From the human T2T-CHM13v2.0 reference genome, Homo sapiens, in NCBI RefSeq assembly GCF_009914755.1, contig NC_060925.1: DNA of 64,000 bases; one strand, 5' to 3'. Shown one piece after another: positions 58,069 to 64,000 of this stretch. Positions within the stretch are counted from its first letter, which is position 1. Each line of letters begins with the position of its first letter. A program made the translations under genes and the position numbers. Under the pieces are notes generated by a model that had not been told where the DNA came from, made no database searches, and saw only the letters and a program-made list of their open reading frames with translations.

Positions 58069-61000
58069 ATGGAATCGTCATCGAATGAATTGAATGCAAT
58101 CATCGAATGGTCTCGAATGGAATCATCTTCTAATGGAAAGGAATGGAATCATCGCATAGAATCGAATGGAATTATCATCGAATGGAATCGAATGGTATCA
58201 ACACCAAACGGAAAAAAACGGAATTATCGAATGGAATCGAAGAGAATCTTCGAACGGACCCGAATGGAATCATCTAATGGAATGGAATGGAATAATCCAT
58301 GGACTCGAATGCAATCATCATCGAATGGAATCGAATGGAATCATCGAATGGACTCCAATGGAATAATCATTGAACGGAATCGAATGGAATCATCATCGGA
58401 TGGAAATGAATGGAATCATCATCGAATGGAAATGAAAGGAGTCATCATCTAATGGAATTGCATGGAATCATCATAAAATGGAATCAAATGGAATCAACCT
58501 CAAATGGAATCAAGTGGAATCATTGAACGGAATTGAATGGAATCGTCATCGAATGAATTGACTGCAATCATCGAATGGTCTCGAATGGAATCATCTTCAA
58601 ATGGAATGGAATGGAATCATCGCATAGAATCGAATGGAATTATCATCGAATGGAATCGAATGGAATCAACATCAAACGGAAAAAAACGGAATTATCGAAT
58701 GGAATCGAAGAGAATCATCGAATGGACCCGAATGGAATCATCTAATGGAATGGAATGGAATAATCCATGGACTCGAATGCAATCATCATCGAATGGAATC
58801 GAATGGAATCATCGAATGGACTCGAATGGAATAATCATTGAACGGAATCGAATGGAATCATCATCGGATGGAAATGAATGGAATCATCATCGAATGGAAT
58901 CGAATAGAATTATGGAATGAAATCCAGTGTGATCATCATCGAATGGACCCGAATGGAATCATCATCCAACGGAAGCTAATGGAATCAACATCGAATGAAT
59001 CGAATGGAAACACCATCGAATTGAAACGAATGGAATTATCATGAAATTGAAATGGATGGACTCATCATCGAATGGATTCGAATGGAATCATCGAATAAAA
59101 TTGATTGAAATCATCATCGAATGGAATCGAATGGTATCATTGAATGGAATCGAATGGAATCATCATCAGATGGAAATGAATGGAATCGTCATAGAATGGA
59201 ATCGAATGGATTCATTGAATGGAATCAGATGGAATCATCGAATGGACTGGAATGGAATCATTGAATGGACTCGAAAGGGATCATGATTGAATGGAATTGA
59301 ATGGAATCATCGAATGGTCTCGATTGGAATCATTATCAAATGGAATCGAATGGAATCACCGAATAGAATCGAATGGAACAATCATCGAATGGACTCAAAT
59401 GGAATTATCCTCCAATGGAATCGAATGGAATTATCGAATGCTATCGAATGGAATTATCGAATGCAATCGAATAGAATCATCGAATGGACTCGAATGGAAT
59501 CATCGAATGGAATGGAATGGAACAGTCAATGAACTCGAATGGAATCATCATTGAATGGAATCGAATGGAATCATCGAGTGGAATCGAATGGAATTATGAT
59601 CAAATGGAATCGAATGTAATCATCATCAAATGGAATCAAAAATAACCATCATCAATTGGTATTGAATGGAATTGTCATCAAATGGAATTCAAAGGAATCA
59701 TCATCAAATGGAACCGAATGGAATCCTCATTGAATGGAAATGAAAGGGGTCATCATCTAATGGAATCGCATGGAATCATCATCAAATGGAATCGAATGGA
59801 ATCATCATCAAATGGAATCTAATGGAATCATTGAACAGAATTGAATGGAATCGTCATCGAATGAATTGAATGCAATCATCGAATGGTCTCGAATGGAATC
59901 ATCTTCTAATGGAAAGGAATGGAATCATCGCATAGAATCGAATGGAATTATCATCGAATGGAATCGAATGGTATCAACACCAAACGGAAAAAAACGGAAT
60001 TATCGAATGGAATCGAAGAGAATCTTCGAACGGACCCGAATGGAATCATCTAATGGAATGGAATGGAATAATCCATGGACTCGAATGCAATCATCATCGA
60101 ATGGAATCGAATGGAATCATCGAATGGACTCGAATGGAATAATCATTGAACGGAATCGAATGGAATCATCATCGGATGGAAATGAATGGAATCATCATCG
60201 AATGGAAATGAAAGGAGTCATCATCTAATGGAATTGCATGGAATCATCATAAAATGGAATCAAATGGAATCAACCTCAAATGGAATCAAGTGGAATCATT
60301 GAACGGAATTGAATGGAATCGTCATCGAATGAATTGACTGCAATCATCGAATGGTCTCGAATGGAATCATCTTCAAATGGAATGGAATGGAATCATCGCA
60401 TAGAATCGAATGGAATTATCATCGAATGGAATCGAATGGAATCAACATCAAACGGAAAAAAACGGAATTATCGAATGGAATCGAAGAGAATCATCGAATG
60501 GACCCGAATGGAATCATCTAATGGAATGGAATGGAATAATCCATGGACTCGAATGCAATCATCATCGAATGGAATCGAATGGAATCATCGAATGGACTCG
60601 AATGGAATAATCATTGAACGGAATCGAATGGAATCATCATCGGATGGAAATGAATGGAATCATCATCGAATGGAATCGAATAGAATTATGGAATGAAATC
60701 CAGTGTGATCATCATCGAATGGACCCGAATGGAATCATCATCCAACGGAAGCTAATGGAATCAACATCGAATGAATCGAATGGAAACACCATCGAATTGA
60801 AACGAATGGAATTATCATGAAATTGAAATGGATGGACTCATCATCGAATGGATTCGAATGGAATCATCGAATAAAATTGATTGAAATCATCATCGAATGG
60901 AATCGAATGGTATCATTGAATGGAATCGAATGGAATCATCATCAGATGGAAATGAATGGAATCGTCATAGAATGGAATCGAATGGATTCATTGAATGGAA

Positions 61001-61620
61001 TCAGATGGAATCATCGAATGGACTGGAATGGAATCATTGAATGGACTCGAAAGGGATCATGATTGAATGGAATTGAATGGAATCATCGAATGGTCTCGAT
61101 TGGAATCATTATCAAATGGAATCGAATGGAATCACCGAATAGAATCGAATGGAACAATCATCGAATGGACTCAAATGGAATTATCCTCCAATGGAATCGA
61201 ATGGAATTATCGAATGCTATCGAATGGAATTATCGAATGCAATCGAATAGAATCATCGAATGGACTCGAATGGAATCATCGAATGGAATGGAATGGAACA
61301 GTCAATGAACTCGAATGGAATCATCATTGAATGGAATCTAATGGAATCATCGAGTGGAATCGAATGGAATTATGATCAAATGGAATCGAATGTAATCATC
61401 ATCAAATGGAATCAAAAATAACCATCATCAATTGGTATTGAATGGAATTGTCATCAAATGGAATTCAAAGGAATCATCATCAAATGGAACCGAATGGAAT
61501 CCTCATTGAATGGAAATGAAAGGGGTCATCATCTAATGGAATCGCATGGAATCATCATCAAATGGAATCGAATGGAATCATCATCAAATGGAATCTAATG
61601 GAATCATTGAACAGAATTGA

Positions 61621-63395
61621 ATGGAATCGTCATCGAATGAATTGAATGCAATCATCGAATGGTCTCGAATGGAATCATCTTCTAATGGAAAGGAATGGAA
61701 TCATCGCATAGAATCGAATGGAATTATCATCGAATGGAATCGAATGGTATCAACACCAAACGGAAAAAAACGGAATTATCGAATGGAATCGAAGAGAATC
61801 TTCGAACGGACCCGAATGGAATCATCTAATGGAATGGAATGGAATAATCCATGGACTCGAATGCAATCATCATCGAATGGAATGGAATGGAATCATCGAA
61901 TGGACTCGAATGGAATAATCATTGAACGGAATCGAATGGAATCATCATCGGATGGAAACGAATGGAATCATCATCGAATGGAAATGAAAGGAGTCATCAT
62001 CTAATGGAATTGCATGGAATCATCATAAAATGGAATCGAATGGAATCAACATCAAATGGAATCAAATGGAATCATTGAACGGAATTGAATGGAATCGTCA
62101 TCGAATGAATTGACTGCAATCATCGAATGGTCTCGAATGGAATCATCTTCAAATGGAATGGAATGGAATCATCGCATAGAATCGAATGGAATTATCATCG
62201 AATGGAATCGAATGGAATCAACATCAAATGGAAAAAACGGAATTATCGAATGGAATCGAAGAGAATCATCGAATGGACCCGAATGGAATCATCTAATGGA
62301 ATGGAATGGAATAATCCATGGACTCGAATGCAATCATCATCGAATGGAATCGAATGGAATCATCGAATGGACTCGAATGGAATAATCATTGAACGGAATC
62401 GAATGGAATCATCATCGGATGGAAATGAATGGAATCATCATCGAATGGAATCGAATAGAATTATGGAATGAAATCCAGTGTGATCATCATCGAATGGACC
62501 CGAATGGAATCATCATCCAACGGAAGCTAATGGAATCAACATCGAATGAATCGAATGGAAACACCATCGAATTGAAACGAATGGAATTATCATGAAATTG
62601 AAATGGATGGACTCATCATCGAATGGATTCGAATGGAATCATCGAATAAAATTGATTGAAATCATCATCGAATGGAATCGAATGGTATCATTGAATGGAA
62701 TCGAATGGAATCATCATCAGATGGAAATGAATGGAATTGTCATAGAATGGAATCGAATGGATTCATTGAATGGAATCAGATGGAATCATCGAATGGACTG
62801 GAATGGAATCATTGAATGGACTCGAAAGGGATCATGATTGAATGGAATTGAATGGAATCATCGAATGGTCTCGATTGGAATCATTATCAAATGGAATCGA
62901 ATGGAATCACCGAATAGAATCGAATGGAACAATCATCGAATGGACTCAAATGGAATTATCCTCAAATGGAATCGAATGGAATTATCGAATGCAATCGAAT
63001 GGAATTATCGAATGCAATCGAATAGAATCATCGAAAGGACTCGAATGGAATCATCGAATGGAATGGAATGGAACAGTCAATGAACTCGAATGGAATCATC
63101 ATTGAATGGAATCGAATGGAATCGTCGAGTGGAATCGAATGGAATTATGATCAAATGGAATCGAATGTAATCATCATCAAATGGAATCAAAAATAACCAT
63201 CATCAATTGGTATTGAATGGAATTGTCATCAAATGGAATTCAAAGGAATCATCATCAAATGGAACCGAATGGAATCCTCATTGAATGGAAATGAAAGGGG
63301 TCATCATCTAATGGAATCGCATGGAATCATCATCAAATGGAATCGAATGGAATCATCATCAAATGGAATCTAATGGAATCATTGAAAAGAATTGA
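61621..63395 (+). repeat. 1,775-bp variant unit (A7 to A6)
   Basis: GGAAAAAACGG has six A at 62232-62237 versus seven elsewhere. The frameshift is visible in the ORF track at 62089/62127. Confidence 0.85.
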
Positions 63396-64000
63396 ATGGA
63401 ATCGTCATCGAATGAATTGAATGCAATCATCGAATGGTCTCGAATGGAATCATCTTCTAATGGAAAGGAATGGAATCATCGCATAGAATCGAATGGAATT
63501 ATCATCGAATGGAATCGAATGGTATCAACACCAAACGGAAAAAAACGGAATTATCGAATGGAATCGAAGAGAATCTTCGAACGGACCCGAATGGAATCAT
63601 CTAATGGAATGGAATGGAATAATCCATGGACTCGAATGCAATCATCATCGAATGGAATCGAATGGAATCATCGAATGGACTCGAATGGAATAATCATTGA
63701 ACGGAATCGAATGGAATCATCATCGGATGGAAACGAATGGAATCATCATCGAATGGAAATGAAAGGAGTCATCATCTAATGGAATTGCATGGAATCATCA
63801 TAAAATGGAATCGAATGGAATCAACATCAAATGGAATCAAATGGAATCATTGAACGGAATTGAATGGAATCGTCATCGAATGAATTGACTGCAATCATCG
63901 AATGGTCTCGAATGGAATCATCTTCAAATGGAATGGAATGGAATCATCGCATAGAATCGAATGGAATTATCATCGAATGGAATCGAATGGAATCAACATC

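Larger units (their letters stand above)
1..64000. repeat. Human satellite 2 (HSat2/HSATII) tandem array, 1,776-bp unit; HSat2A type, most likely the chr1q12 pericentromeric block
   Basis: The whole window consists of GAATG/GAATC/CATC/TCGA words in 23- and 26-bp monomers, CpG-rich as in HSat2 and unlike (GGAAT)n-dominated HSat3. Unique landmarks (AATCCAGTGTGATC, AAAAATAACCATC, GGAACAGTCAATG, GAATTC) recur once per unit, usually every 1,776 bp. The chromosome assignment is inferred from the known ~1.77-kb EcoRI unit; other HSat2A arrays such as chr10 are not excluded. Confidence 0.96.

Noticed and set aside
447-63779. Hundreds of 60-178 aa + strand ORFs (MESSSN..., MELSSN..., MKLKWM...), including a constant 127-aa ORF
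   Set aside because: They are low-complexity translations of GAATG/GAATC words that overlap in all three frames, with ATG in nearly every monomer. Stops and frameshifts come and go freely between copies (e.g. 48372 truncated, TTA/TGA polymorphism splitting the 163-aa ORF). There are no recognisable domains, and the constancy reflects array homogeneity.
1-64000. CRISPR-like array or prokaryotic repeat system suggested by 23/26-bp periodicity
   Set aside because: There are no unique spacers, leader or cas genes. The sequence between repeats is itself repeat and recurs every unit.
1-64000. Embedded transposon, unique-sequence island or strand inversion
   Set aside because: Unit spacings are fully explained by 1,776, -468, +/-23 and -1 bp, leaving no room for an insertion. 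GGAAT polarity never flips to ATTCC.
1-64000. HSat3 or alpha satellite / CENP-B boxes
   Set aside because: GGAAT runs are at most about three copies and CATCGAATGGAATCG dominates, which is HSat2. There is no 171-bp monomer or CENP-B box.

Overview
The whole 64 kb is one uninterrupted, single-orientation tandem array of human (or closely related great-ape) classical satellite 2 (HSat2/HSATII), given on the GGAAT-rich strand. It is built from diverged 23/26-bp monomers (GAATGGAATCATC[ATC]GAATGGAATC-like) organised into a 1,776-bp unit with one EcoRI site per unit. This matches the ~1.77-1.8 kb HSat2A unit best known from 1q12 (pUC1.77/D1Z1). There are 38 unit starts, so 37 complete intervals: 29 of 1,776 bp, 3 of 1,331 bp, 3 of 1,308 bp, one of 1,753 bp and one of 1,775 bp. 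I found no credible gene, RNA gene, transposon, CRISPR array or inversion, and all listed ORFs are satellite translation artefacts. I did not find a new gene system. The interest lies in array architecture: a young 468-bp A/B duplication plus an older third copy (C) inside each unit, recurrent 468-bp deletions with at least three different crossover points, a 23-bp segment at 1, 2 or 3 copies, nascent higher-order repeats (3,107 and 3,552 bp), and long-range in-register sharing of variant haplotypes. All variant comparisons were made by eye with the ORF track as a ruler.
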